Assembly (NCBI GenBank): GCA_910578395.1 | Contig: CAJTPZ010000003.1 | Span: forward strand, 25,476-89,475 | Source: an uncultured Muribaculaceae bacterium | GTDB lineage: Bacteria > Bacteroidota > Bacteroidia > Bacteroidales > Muribaculaceae | DNA length: 64,000 nt | Direction: 5' to 3' | Shown: one piece after another, positions 36,668-46,898 of the stretch | Position numbering within the stretch: the stretch's first letter is position 1 | Layout: the number at the start of each line of letters is the position of its first letter | Notes under the pieces: generated by a model | Told to the model about the DNA's origin: nothing | Databases searched by the model: none | What the model saw: the letters and a program-made list of their open reading frames with translations, nothing else | Translations under genes and position numbers: made by a program

Positions 36668-36687
36668 ATAATCGGATTTAGGTTACT

Positions 36688-37476
36688 TTACAGTTCTTTT
36701 ATTTTGACGTTTTTGAACCACACTTCATCGCCGTGGTCCTGAAGGAGTATATGTCCTTTTTTTGCGTTGCCGAAGTTGGGCCAGTCGCGATATTTGCTGT
36801 AAGCAACAAGAGCATTCCATTGGGCATTGTCACGCTCATACTCTACAACTTTTTCTCCGTTAAGCCAATGTTCAACATGGTTACCGTTGACAAATACAAC
36901 TGCTGTATTCCATCCGTCCTTGTTCATTGGTTTTGTCGATGGGGCAGGGATAAGGTCATAGAGAGAAGCGCATGTGCGGTTTCCTTTTACACCAAGTTTT
37001 GCATCGGGGTGCAGGTCATCATCGAGTACCTGAAACTCACATCCTATGGCCGATCCTTCACCTTTGTTCATCTCAGGGTCGACAAAATACTTGATACCGC
37101 TGTTGGCTCCGGGAGTAATTTTGAAGTCCACAGAAAGTATGAAGTCGCCGTATTGATCGATTGTGACTATGTCACCTCCATTTGCCGACTCGGCTCCATC
37201 TGATTTAATGACTTTAAGAATGCCGTCTTCGACTATCCAGCCGCTTTCAGGGAAGGTGTCGAGTTTTGCTCCCCTCCATCCATTGGTGGTTGTGCCGTCC
37301 CAAAGTAATGTCCATCCGTTGGCGATGTCCTGATCGGATAGAGTATTGTCGGGCTGTCCATGTGTTGGAAAAGAGACTTCCGTTGCTACGGATTCAATTT
37401 TGACTGCGTTCTGCTGTGAGATGTTTGTGCAGGCAAGACCGAGAACGGCCAATGGCAGAAGATATGTTTTCTTCAT
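36688..37476 (-). CDS. DUF1080 (3-keto-disaccharide hydrolase-like) domain protein, secreted
   Basis: 262 aa with a signal peptide. [30 protein letters not shown], the HxxN segment and [17 protein letters not shown] are typical of DUF1080. Confidence 0.8.
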   Translation of the reverse strand: MKKTYLLPLAVLGLACTNISQQNAVKIESVATEVSFPTHGQPDNTLSDQDIANGWTLLWDGTTTNGWRGAKLDTFPESGWIVEDGILKVIKSDGAESANGGDIVTIDQYGDFILSVDFKITPGANSGIKYFVDPEMNKGEGSAIGCEFQVLDDDLHPDAKLGVKGNRTCASLYDLIPAPSTKPMNKDGWNTAVVFVNGNHVEHWLNGEKVVEYERDNAQWNALVAYSKYRDWPNFGNAKKGHILLQDHGDEVWFKNVKIKEL

Positions 37477-37491
37477 GATCTGAATTTACGG

Positions 37492-38931
37492 TTATACCAT
37501 CTTGTAGTACTGGTCCCAACCTTTGCGTGGTGGAACACCTGTGAGCATTGCGTTGGCAAAGGCATTGTTGGTGATCTGCTTTGTACGCGGATCAAAGAAC
37601 AACTGGGTGTTTAGGCGCTGAGCAAGCACACCGAGACAGAATACCTGGCTCAACACACCGTTGATCTCAAACGGAGAACGGGTTTTCTCAATACCCTGGC
37701 AGGCAAGAAGGAAGTTCTCAAAATGGTTTGACGGACTCTTTGGAATTTCAGGCAGACTGCCGGCCATTTCTTTTGCTTTATCCTCTGGAATTATTTTGAG
37801 CGTGCTGCCATGGCTACCACCTTTGAAGATAAGGTCTTTTGAATAGATGATCTTTCCTGGGCTGAGTTTGGCGTTGGCTCCGTCGGCAAAGTTTGTGGAT
37901 GGAACGTCGGCAGCAGCGACAGCACCACCGTATCCTGCCGGAAGCGGCGGTAGGTTGTCAAGACCATCGTACCATGTCACATCGACCGGCGGCATACTCT
38001 TGCGGGCCGGGAATCGGAACAGTATCGTAGATGAATACGGGAAGAAGTAGTCATTGTGACCGTTGGCATAGAGCATATTGATCTCATATGGGAGGCCAAG
38101 CTCAAGAAACTCGTGGGCTGTGTCAAGAATGTGTGCACCCCAGTCGCCAAGAGCACCCATTCCGAAGTCATACCAGCAACGCCATTGCCCCATGTGGAAA
38201 TCGTCATGATAGTCATGGTGGTTGGCCGTTCCGAGCCATGTGTCCCAATCGAGATCAGGAGGAAGCTGCCGACCAGCCGGGAACCGGTCCATGTTTGAAT
38301 CCCATTTATGCCATCGGCGTGGTTCGTTCATGTGGGCTGTGATTGCTGTCACATCCTTGATGATACCGGCTTCAAGCCATGTCTTGAACTGGAAATAGTT
38401 TGCTTCGGAGTGTCCCTGATTGCCCACTTGTGTGACCTGACCTGGGCGGTTTTTGGCCGCTTGCATGAGCAACTCGGCTTCGTAGAATGTTCGGGCAAGA
38501 GGTTTTTCCACATAGACGTGTTTCCCTTCGGAGAGCGCGAGCATACTTATGGGGAAGTGGGAGAAGTCGGGTGTGGCGATGGCTACAGCGTCAAAAGTAT
38601 TGCCGGCTTCGTCAAACATCTTACGGAAATCCTTGAACCGTTTTGCGTTCGGATACATCGACAAGACTTTCTGTGTATGTTTTGCTCCGAGATCCACGTC
38701 GCAGAGTGCGACCACATCGACCATGCCTGTTTTAGCGAAGTCGTTTATGATCTGTTCGCCGCGGTTGCCTATTCCGATATAGGCAATCTTTACCTTACCG
38801 CCCTTCGGTGACGACGCGCCGGCAGCAGCCGGTTTATCGGCTGCGCTGGCTATCATGTCGACACCACCGATCGCCATACCGACCGATGCAAGGGAGACAT
38901 TTTTTAGAAATTCACGTCTGGTGGTTGCCAT
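37492..38931 (-). CDS. Gfo/Idh/MocA family oxidoreductase with twin-arginine signal
   Basis: MATTRREFLKNVSLASVG is a TAT motif. Rossmann segment KIAYIGIGNRGEQ and EKP motif VYVEKPL. Usual partner of DUF1080 genes in Bacteroidota. Confidence 0.85.
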   Translation of the reverse strand: MATTRREFLKNVSLASVGMAIGGVDMIASAADKPAAAGASSPKGGKVKIAYIGIGNRGEQIINDFAKTGMVDVVALCDVDLGAKHTQKVLSMYPNAKRFKDFRKMFDEAGNTFDAVAIATPDFSHFPISMLALSEGKHVYVEKPLARTFYEAELLMQAAKNRPGQVTQVGNQGHSEANYFQFKTWLEAGIIKDVTAITAHMNEPRRWHKWDSNMDRFPAGRQLPPDLDWDTWLGTANHHDYHDDFHMGQWRCWYDFGMGALGDWGAHILDTAHEFLELGLPYEINMLYANGHNDYFFPYSSTILFRFPARKSMPPVDVTWYDGLDNLPPLPAGYGGAVAAADVPSTNFADGANAKLSPGKIIYSKDLIFKGGSHGSTLKIIPEDKAKEMAGSLPEIPKSPSNHFENFLLACQGIEKTRSPFEINGVLSQVFCLGVLAQRLNTQLFFDPRTKQITNNAFANAMLTGVPPRKGWDQYYKMV

Positions 38932-38963
38932 GGTGTTGATTGGTTTTAATTTTGGTTATTAAG

Positions 38964-41786
38964 TTATTTGTTATCTGTTTCTTTAGGATCAAGAATGATT
39001 ACATGGTAGTTGTTCTGTTTCTGTAGTCTTGACATGAAATCGGTAACATCTGATGGAGTGAGCGACTGGTAAAGCTCTATGATGCCGTTCATTGTATCGA
39101 TTCCAGGCACTGCCTCGGCGAGTACTATAGCATTACGCCATGATTCGTTTTTCTCGAGGTTTTCTCTGGCATTCTTTATCATGTATTCAATGACACTGGC
39201 AAACTCTTCCTGACTGATATTTTTCGTCATGTCATCAAACTGGTCAGCGATGTACCCCAGAACCTCGTCCTTCATTTCAGGTTTCATGGGGAATATCGAC
39301 TGTAAGATGGCGTTGGACCCGCCCAAAGGAGCCATTGATCCAGATGCAGAGATTGAATATACGGCGCCCATTTCTTCACGCACAGTGCCGATAAGACGTT
39401 TGCTCATGATCTGTCCGGCAATGGAAGCGAGAGCACGGTCACGCACACTATAGGGTATATCGGCGCTGGATATGATTGCCACATAAGTCTGCGGTGTCTG
39501 CATTTCCATTTTTTCGACAACAGTTGCAGAACCTTTGGCTATGTCAAGCGAAGGAACGTCTTTCGGATTGGCTTTTTGTGAGGCTTTGCCGGGGAGCACT
39601 GCAAGATACTTTTCTACAAGAGGCTTCAGTGTTGCGGTATTGACGTTGCCGACAAATATAAATGTGTAGTCAGCAGCATTTTCAGTCATCGATTTAAGTA
39701 TGGTTAGAATTTCCTCGCGTGAAGCTTTGGTCGCTGCATCAGTGTTGATCATGCCACGTCGTGGGTCATTATAAATCGATTTTGTTAGAAGCTCAGAGAA
39801 CTTGTAGTTAGGAGTGGCCTCCTGATTGGCAAGCATTGCTTTTATGGCAGATATCTGTGAGTCGTATTCTTTTTCATCGAGCGACGGACATGTGAACACA
39901 TTATAGATAAACTCCATGAGGACAGGAAGATCTTTTGGAGTCGACTCGCCTGACAATTCTCTTTCGTAAGCCGATATATGCGGAGTGAGGCTTATTTTCT
40001 TGCCTGACAGGTATTTTTCAGTATCACTTGCCGTGTAATCTCCAAATCCGAGTTTCTCAAAGGCGTAGGGCATGACAATAAGGTTGGCGGCTTGAGATGC
40101 CGGTATTTCCGACGATCCTCCGGCTGCAAAGGCCGAGAACAGAATCTGGTCTTCCTTGAACTTGGTCGGCTTTAGGATAACTTTGGCCCCGTTGGATAGA
40201 GTCCATTCCGTGGCATCCCATTGTGACAGCTGTTTTTCAGAAACGATCTTGCCTGGAGCGGGAAGGTTTTTGACAAACGGATCATCACGTGTTTCATCGA
40301 CATAGGGCTGTATGTCCTCTTTGTCGACTGCCTCCATAGCATCGGCAAGCTGTTGTTCTGTAGGGACGGTGTAGCCCTCTGCTTCAGGTATAAATACCAT
40401 GACGATACGGTTGTCGGCTGTTACCATCTTTTTAAGTGCGCTATTGATAGCAGCAAGAGGAAGCTGCGGAACCATGAACTGGGCGAATTTCCATTCTGTC
40501 TCAATTCCAGGTGACGCTTCTCCGTCAATGAAATGACGCACATATTCTTTGACATATTTTCCCGACTCAACGTTTGCACGGTTGTTATATGCAGATTCAA
40601 GTGTTGACATATATTCTGCCTTTGCGCGTTCAAATTCGCTGGCAGTGATGCCTCCGATGGCGGCACGGAGCATTTCACGATAGATGGCAGACAATGCAAC
40701 CGGGATCTCATTGTTTTTAGGCAGGGCTGCGATTCCAAGCATGTCTTTGGTTTTTGCAAGAACGAATTCTCCATAGCTTGCGCTTGCGGCAGCAAAAGGG
40801 GCATCGGGTTTAGAGGCTATGTCGTTAAGGCGCTCATTGAGTACATGGCTTATTACATATGTCAGGAACGTCGATGCGAGTTCGGCCTGTGTGCCTTTGA
40901 TTTCTGCCGGCAGGGCATCCTGCTTGACCATGAATTCAACGACAGGATTGCTCAGCTCCTTATCGCTTCCTATGGCATAGATGGTGCCTTTGGTGTCGGG
41001 AACGGGGAAATAAACGCGCTCTTTTACGATATCGGGCATTTTTATAGGAGCGAAAGTCTGTGCAATTTTCTTCTCCATAAGATCTACGTCAATATCACCT
41101 ACCACAATAATTCCTTGTTGGTCGGGGCGATACCATGTTTCATAATAGTCGCGTATTTCCTGTGGCTTGAAGTTGTCAATTACGTCGATAGTGCCGATCG
41201 GAAGACGATAGCCATAGCGGCTGTCGGGATATATCTCCGGAAGAAGTTTCTCAAGTATACGCATTTGTCCGACCATGCTACGGCGCCATTCCTGATGGAT
41301 AACTCCACGCTCCTTATCAATTTCCTTAGGGTCAAGAGTTAGACCGTCTGCCCAGTCATGGAGAATGAGGAGAACAGAGTCGACTACACTTTCACTTGCT
41401 ACAGGTACATTTGAGATGTTGTAGACAGTCTCGTCGATTGATGTATAGGCATTGAGGTTTGCGCCGAATTTAACACCTATACCTTCCAGCCAGCTGACAA
41501 GGGAATTTCCAGGGAAGTTTTCGGTTCCGTTGAAACACATGTGCTCAAGGAAGTGTGCGAGACCACGCTGGTTATCTTCTTCGAGTATTGATCCAACTTT
41601 CTGCGCGATATAGAAATCGGCCTGTCCTTTGGGTTTTTCGTTATGCCGTATGTAGTATGTAAGGCCGTTGGGGAGTTTGCCATATCTTACCTGCGGGTCA
41701 AGTGGCATTTTGGGTAGTTGTTGCGCTATTGTCTGCATTGAGCCGAAGCATAAAGCAGCGAATAACCAAATTAATAATTTCTTCAT
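38964..41786 (-). CDS. M16 family (insulinase/pitrilysin-like) zinc peptidase, fused two-module form
   Basis: 940 aa with a signal peptide and the inverted zinc motif HFLEHMCF (HxxEH), followed by four M16-type domains. Confidence 0.85.
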   Translation of the reverse strand: MKKLLIWLFAALCFGSMQTIAQQLPKMPLDPQVRYGKLPNGLTYYIRHNEKPKGQADFYIAQKVGSILEEDNQRGLAHFLEHMCFNGTENFPGNSLVSWLEGIGVKFGANLNAYTSIDETVYNISNVPVASESVVDSVLLILHDWADGLTLDPKEIDKERGVIHQEWRRSMVGQMRILEKLLPEIYPDSRYGYRLPIGTIDVIDNFKPQEIRDYYETWYRPDQQGIIVVGDIDVDLMEKKIAQTFAPIKMPDIVKERVYFPVPDTKGTIYAIGSDKELSNPVVEFMVKQDALPAEIKGTQAELASTFLTYVISHVLNERLNDIASKPDAPFAAASASYGEFVLAKTKDMLGIAALPKNNEIPVALSAIYREMLRAAIGGITASEFERAKAEYMSTLESAYNNRANVESGKYVKEYVRHFIDGEASPGIETEWKFAQFMVPQLPLAAINSALKKMVTADNRIVMVFIPEAEGYTVPTEQQLADAMEAVDKEDIQPYVDETRDDPFVKNLPAPGKIVSEKQLSQWDATEWTLSNGAKVILKPTKFKEDQILFSAFAAGGSSEIPASQAANLIVMPYAFEKLGFGDYTASDTEKYLSGKKISLTPHISAYERELSGESTPKDLPVLMEFIYNVFTCPSLDEKEYDSQISAIKAMLANQEATPNYKFSELLTKSIYNDPRRGMINTDAATKASREEILTILKSMTENAADYTFIFVGNVNTATLKPLVEKYLAVLPGKASQKANPKDVPSLDIAKGSATVVEKMEMQTPQTYVAIISSADIPYSVRDRALASIAGQIMSKRLIGTVREEMGAVYSISASGSMAPLGGSNAILQSIFPMKPEMKDEVLGYIADQFDDMTKNISQEEFASVIEYMIKNARENLEKNESWRNAIVLAEAVPGIDTMNGIIELYQSLTPSDVTDFMSRLQKQNNYHVIILDPKETDNK

Positions 41787-41951
41787 ACCTTTTAATGAAA
41801 TATGTGGATTTACTTATTTTTACAAATATAAGTAGAATATTCGATGAAAAGAATAGCGATTGTCTTGCAAAGTAAGGTGTGCGGTGGCGAAGCCAATTCT
41901 TTGAATCAAATATAAACAGAATATACTTTGTAACAAGATAATATGGTTTAT

Positions 41952-41993
41952 TAAAAAAGCCGGGAGCTTATTGCTATTGCAACAAGCTCCCGG
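41952..41993 (-). terminator. Rho-independent terminator after the spt-like gene
   Basis: CCGGGAGCTT (41960-69) pairs with AAGCTCCCGG (41984-93). On the minus strand it is followed by CTTTTTTAAT. Confidence 0.75.
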
Positions 41994-42014
41994 TATAAGT
42001 ATAGCGATTTCGTC

Positions 42015-43214
42015 TTAATCAAGCAACAGCCCGTTTTTCTTGAATACTTTTTCGATTTTATCGAGGGCGTATTCAACCTGCTCCTGAGTGTGTGTTGCCA
42101 TGAGGCTGAAGCGGATAAGTGTGTCGTGGGGGGCGACAGCCGGCGAAACAACAGGATTTACAAATATGCCTTCATCCAGGAGGTCACGGGTAATTGTAAA
42201 TGTCTTGAAGTTGTCACGGATAAAGAGCGGGATAATCGGGGTGGATGTGTTTCCGATCTCACATCCCATTTTCCTGAATCCGTCAAGGGCGAAGTTGGTG
42301 AGTTTCCACAGTTGATCCTGCCTTTCGGGCTCAGCCTGCATGATTTCCAGAGCTTTGAGTGCAGCCGCTGTCGAAGCAGGTGTAATAGAAGCCGTGAATA
42401 TGTAGGAACGTGAGTGGTGACGCAGGAAATTGGTGATCTCTTTATCGGTTGCGATGAATCCGCCAAGCGAAGCAAATGACTTGGAGAATGTACCCATGAT
42501 AAGGTCGACTTTGTCGGTCACGCCGAAGTGATCGCATGTTCCGCGGCCACCGCGGCCAAACACACCGATTCCGTGAGCTTCATCGACCATCACGCTTGCA
42601 TTGTATTTCTCGGCAAGGCGTGTGATTTCAGGAAGATTGGCAACATCGCCCTCCATAGAGAAAACGCCATCGGTAACGATGAGTTTTACTTTATCGGGGT
42701 CGCACTTCTGGAGCTGTTTTTCAAGAGACTCCATGTCGTTGTGCTTGTATTTGAGCGACTGGGAAAATGAAAGACGACGGCCTTCAATGATCGAAGCGTG
42801 ATCCTGTTCGTCCCAGATTATATAGTCTTCGCGCCCGGTCAGGGTCGACACTACTCCGAGATTAACCTCAAATCCGGTAGAATAGATCATTACATCCTCT
42901 TTACCGATGTATTGGGCTATGGCATGTTCGAGTTCCTTGTGAAGGTCGAGTGTGCCATTGAGAAACGGAGAGCCGGCGCATCCGGTTCCATATTTTTTTG
43001 TGGCCTCAATCGCGGCTTCTTTAATACGCGGATCGTTGACAAGTCCGGTATAGCAGTTTGAGCCGAACATCAGCACCTTTTTCCCGTTGATGATAACCTC
43101 GGGATCCTGCTCGCTGGATATAGCCCTGAAATAGGGATATATTCCGGCCGCCATTGCCTCCTGAGGAGCTGTGTATTGTGCAAGTTTATTTTGCAGTAGA
43201 TTGGTCTTGGCCAT
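42015..43214 (-). CDS. spt: Alpha-oxoamine synthase family PLP enzyme, most like Bacteroides serine palmitoyltransferase
   Basis: 399 aa. LLQNKLAQY..PQEAMAAGIYPYFRAI...VLMFGSNCYTGL, DHASIIEGRRLSF and the PLP-lysine region GTFSKSFASLGGF closely parallel my recollection of Bacteroides SPT. KBL or BioF cannot be strictly excluded without a search. Confidence 0.7.
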   Translation of the reverse strand: MAKTNLLQNKLAQYTAPQEAMAAGIYPYFRAISSEQDPEVIINGKKVLMFGSNCYTGLVNDPRIKEAAIEATKKYGTGCAGSPFLNGTLDLHKELEHAIAQYIGKEDVMIYSTGFEVNLGVVSTLTGREDYIIWDEQDHASIIEGRRLSFSQSLKYKHNDMESLEKQLQKCDPDKVKLIVTDGVFSMEGDVANLPEITRLAEKYNASVMVDEAHGIGVFGRGGRGTCDHFGVTDKVDLIMGTFSKSFASLGGFIATDKEITNFLRHHSRSYIFTASITPASTAAALKALEIMQAEPERQDQLWKLTNFALDGFRKMGCEIGNTSTPIIPLFIRDNFKTFTITRDLLDEGIFVNPVVSPAVAPHDTLIRFSLMATHTQEQVEYALDKIEKVFKKNGLLLD

Positions 43215-43300
43215 TGGGATCTTCCTTAATGGATGTGATATGTGTTAAGAGATACTGTCATAACTTCGCATAATTTCTGCAAAGTATGAAACCGGTATAT

Positions 43301-44068
43301 TTATGCTTCGGTTTCGTTGTCGGTAAGCTCCGGATCTATGATAATACGGCCGCAATACTCGCAGACAATAATCTTTTTGTGCATTCTTATTTCGAGTTGC
43401 TTCTGCGGCGGGATGCGGTTAAAGCAGCCTCCGCATGCGTCACGCTGTATGGTGACTACAGCAAGACCGTTGCGGGCATTTTCGCGTACGCGCTTGAATG
43501 CCTTGAGCGTGCGCTCGTCAATAGATGGCTCGAGTGCGAGAGCCTGTTCGGTAAGACGCTCTTCGTCGACTTTTGTCTCGGAAATGATCTGCTCCAGTTC
43601 TTTTCTTTTATCAGCAAGAATGTGGTTCTGGTCCTCAAGTTTTTCTTGGGTTGCCGAGATCTCTGCTTTGCGTGTGTCGATTATGCGTGCGAATTCGTTG
43701 AGATGCTTCTCAGCAAGTTCAATTTCAAGTGACTGGAACTCGATCTCTTTTGTAAGCAGATCGTATTCACGGTTGTTACGCACATTGTCGAGTTGCTCTT
43801 TGTACTTAGCGATTTTATCATGGGCTTCCTCGATTTTCGCTTTCTCGGAAGCAGAGCGCCGTGTAAGGTCGTCGATTTCTCCCGAATAATTGCGGATGCG
43901 TGTGTTTAGACCTTCGATCTGGTCTTCCATGTCTTTCACTTCAAGAGGCAGTTCGCCGCGAAGAGCCTTGATACGGTCGATTTCCGTGTTGATAGCCTGA
44001 AGGTGATAGAGGGTCTTGAGACGCTCCTCCATGGTCAGTGACTCGCTTTTTGTCTTTTCAGCTGACAT
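43301..44068 (-). CDS. Zinc-ribbon (C4) coiled-coil protein, COG1579/DUF164 type
   Basis: 255 aa with a long heptad-rich coiled coil and a C-terminal CGGC...CEYCGRI zinc ribbon. Conserved partner downstream of Nif3. Confidence 0.7.
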   Translation of the reverse strand: MSAEKTKSESLTMEERLKTLYHLQAINTEIDRIKALRGELPLEVKDMEDQIEGLNTRIRNYSGEIDDLTRRSASEKAKIEEAHDKIAKYKEQLDNVRNNREYDLLTKEIEFQSLEIELAEKHLNEFARIIDTRKAEISATQEKLEDQNHILADKRKELEQIISETKVDEERLTEQALALEPSIDERTLKAFKRVRENARNGLAVVTIQRDACGGCFNRIPPQKQLEIRMHKKIIVCEYCGRIIIDPELTDNETEA

Positions 44069-44074
44069 TTATAT

Positions 44075-44884
44075 TTACAGATAAGTTATCGGGTTTTTTT
44101 CTGTCTCGGAATAATAGAGTGCAAAGTTAGGAAATTTTTTATGAATTAGGTTATAAAAAATCTCTTTTGCACAATATTCGGTCTCATAATGGCCCAGATC
44201 TATCGTCATGATGGCATGGGCATGGTCAAGAAACTGGTTATGCTTCACATCGGCCGTGATCATGACGTCGGCACCTGCGTCTGCGGCAATCGGTATGTAT
44301 TCAGCACCGGCACCTCCGCATATCGCCACACGTTTTATTGTTTTGTCTTGGGCGGGTATGCCGGAGCAGCGTGCTATCTGTGCGTCGCATACCTGCTTGA
44401 CTTTACCGATGAATTCTATAGCAGGAACCGGGTAGGGGAGATCTCCTATAACGCCGAGGCCGACTTCGCCTCTGCCGGGTTCGTCGCAACTGTGGTCAAG
44501 AGTGTGCGCATTCGCAAGACCGAGCTTTTCGGCAAGATGCCATGATATACCACCAGGCGCACTGTCAAGCGCTGTGTGTGACGAATAGACTGCAACTCCG
44601 GCGCGCAGTGACGCTATAGCTGTGAGATCAACTCTGTCTGTTCCTGTGAGCCTCTTGGTTGCCTTGAATAGAAGCGGGTGATGGGTAATGATAAGATTAC
44701 AGCCTTTGTTTTTGGCTTCGTCAATTATTTCAGGTGTCGCATCAATGCATAGAAGCGCACCGGTGCATGGATCCTGCGATTGACCGGGCAGCATTGTCTG
44801 CCACCCGGTGTTGTCGTAGGATTCTTGCCATGAAGGACGGGCAAAATCTTCAATGGTTTCTATGATCTGTGCGATTGTAGGCAT
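44075..44884 (-). CDS. Nif3-like dinuclear metal center protein
   Basis: 269 aa. LIITHHPLLFK, YSSHTALD and a C-terminal GHYETE are typical of the NIF3/YbgI family. Confidence 0.85.
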   Translation of the reverse strand: MPTIAQIIETIEDFARPSWQESYDNTGWQTMLPGQSQDPCTGALLCIDATPEIIDEAKNKGCNLIITHHPLLFKATKRLTGTDRVDLTAIASLRAGVAVYSSHTALDSAPGGISWHLAEKLGLANAHTLDHSCDEPGRGEVGLGVIGDLPYPVPAIEFIGKVKQVCDAQIARCSGIPAQDKTIKRVAICGGAGAEYIPIAADAGADVMITADVKHNQFLDHAHAIMTIDLGHYETEYCAKEIFYNLIHKKFPNFALYYSETEKNPITYL

Positions 44885-44887
44885 CGG

Positions 44888-46645
44888 TCAGGCTTCGTCG
44901 ATTACTGCAAGTGAAAGTTCGTCGAGCTGCTTTTGATCGAGTGTTGACGGTGCGTCGAGCATTACGTCGCGTCCGCTGTTGTTTTTGGGGAATGCAATGC
45001 AGTCACGTATACTGTCGAGTCCGGCCATGAGTGATACCCATCGGTCGAGACCATAGGCGAGACCTCCGTGAGGCGGTGCCCCGTAGGTAAATGCATTCAT
45101 TAGGAATCCGAATTGTTCACGCGCTTTCTCAGGTGTGAAGCCTAAAATGTCAAACATTTTTGCCTGAAGCTGTGAATCGTGTATACGTATTGATCCACCT
45201 CCTACTTCGACACCATTGATCACCATATCGTATGCATCGGCTCTGACTGCTGCCGGGTTTGTGTCGAGAAGTGGTATGTCCTCATCCTTGGGGTGTGTGA
45301 ATGGGTGGTGCATTGCCATGAGACGGTTTTCTTCTTCGCTCCATTCAAACATCGGGAAATCAACGATCCAAAGACAAGAAAAGACATTTTTGTCACGAAG
45401 GCCAAGACGGTTGCCCATCTCCAGGCGTAACTCCCCAAGCTGTTTGCGTGTTTTCATCACGTCATCGCCGCTGAGAATGAGAATGAGATCTCCTGGTTTT
45501 GCATCCATCTTAGCTTTGAGTTGCTGCAGTGTCTCCTGTGTGTAGAATTTGTCGACACTTGATTTGACGTTTCCGTCAGATTCAACTCGGGCATATACCA
45601 TGCCTTTTGCTCCGATCTGTGGACGCTTGACCCATTCGGTGAGTTGGTCGATTTGCTTACGGGTATAGGATGCCGCACCTTCCACGCATATTCCACCGAT
45701 ATATGCGGCATTGTCGAATACGCTGAATCCGTGTCCCTTGAGTATGTCATCAAGTTCGACAAAGGTCATGCCGAAGCGGGTGTCAGGTTTGTCGCTGCCA
45801 TAGAGGCTCATGGCGTCAGCCCAAGTCATGCGTGGAAAATCGCCGTTGATTTCAATACCACGTATTTCTTTAAAGAGATGTTTAGCCATGCCTTCAAACA
45901 TGCCTATAACATCTTCTTGCTCTACAAAGCTCATCTCACAGTCGATCTGCGTGAATTCAGGCTGGCGATCGGCCCGTAGGTCTTCGTCGCGGAAACATTT
46001 TACGATCTGGAAGTAGCGATCCATTCCAGCCACCATGAGAAGCTGTTTGAGTGTCTGTGGAGACTGTGGCAGTGCGTAGAATTGACCGTGGTTCATGCGT
46101 GAAGGCACTACAAAGTCGCGTGCACCCTCAGGTGTCGAGCCGATGAGCATCGGAGTCTCGATTTCCAGGAATCCTTTGCTGTCAAGGTAACGCCGAACCT
46201 CCATTGTCATGCGATGACGAAGCTCGATGTTGTATCTTACCGGATTACGTCGAAGATCAAGATAACGGTATTTCATGCGAAGATCATCGCCTCCGTCACT
46301 CTCGTCTTCAATTGTAAATGGCGGAACTGCACTTGTATTCAGTACATTGACTTCTGAAGCTTCGATTTCGATATCGCCTGTCGGGATTTTGGAGTTTTTG
46401 TTTGTGCGTTCTGTGACAACACCTGTAATCTGAACGACAAACTCGCGTCCAAGCTGGTTGGCTGTGTCCTTAAGACTGGAGTTGACTTCGGTGTTGAATA
46501 CTATCTGAGTGATGCCATAACGGTCACGGAGGTCAATAAATGTCATTCCTCCCATTTTGCGGATGCGCTGCACCCATCCGGCGAGCGTCACGTTTTCTCC
46601 GACGTTGGCGATGCGAAGCTCGCCGCAAGTCTTGTTACGGAACAT
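44888..46645 (-). CDS. aspS: Aspartate--tRNA ligase
   Basis: 585 aa. OB-fold N-terminus, class II motifs ([26 protein letters not shown]) and the GAD insertion. Confidence 0.95.
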   Translation of the reverse strand: MFRNKTCGELRIANVGENVTLAGWVQRIRKMGGMTFIDLRDRYGITQIVFNTEVNSSLKDTANQLGREFVVQITGVVTERTNKNSKIPTGDIEIEASEVNVLNTSAVPPFTIEDESDGGDDLRMKYRYLDLRRNPVRYNIELRHRMTMEVRRYLDSKGFLEIETPMLIGSTPEGARDFVVPSRMNHGQFYALPQSPQTLKQLLMVAGMDRYFQIVKCFRDEDLRADRQPEFTQIDCEMSFVEQEDVIGMFEGMAKHLFKEIRGIEINGDFPRMTWADAMSLYGSDKPDTRFGMTFVELDDILKGHGFSVFDNAAYIGGICVEGAASYTRKQIDQLTEWVKRPQIGAKGMVYARVESDGNVKSSVDKFYTQETLQQLKAKMDAKPGDLILILSGDDVMKTRKQLGELRLEMGNRLGLRDKNVFSCLWIVDFPMFEWSEEENRLMAMHHPFTHPKDEDIPLLDTNPAAVRADAYDMVINGVEVGGGSIRIHDSQLQAKMFDILGFTPEKAREQFGFLMNAFTYGAPPHGGLAYGLDRWVSLMAGLDSIRDCIAFPKNNSGRDVMLDAPSTLDQKQLDELSLAVIDEA

Positions 46646-46837
46646 ATGCGTATCTTTAGTTGTAAGTCATTGGTTTATCTGACCATCATGGCATAATAAA
46701 GGCCTTTGTCGGCCAATATGTGTCCTTGTGTGGTTTTTATATTGCAAAAATAGCGATAATTAGTGCAATTATGACAATAATATATAAAAAATCGAATTCA
46801 GATATCTTTTAGCCGAGTTTCAGTGTTGAATATAATA

Positions 46838-46874
46838 AGAGACCGAAATACCGGAATCGGTAAAATCGGTCTCT
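46838..46874 (-). terminator. Hairpin downstream of the M23 peptidase gene
   Basis: AGAGACCGA (46838-46) pairs with TCGGTCTCT (46866-74). The T-tract on the minus strand is weak. Confidence 0.45.
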
Positions 46875-46898
46875 GCAATATGTGGGAAAATTGCATTT

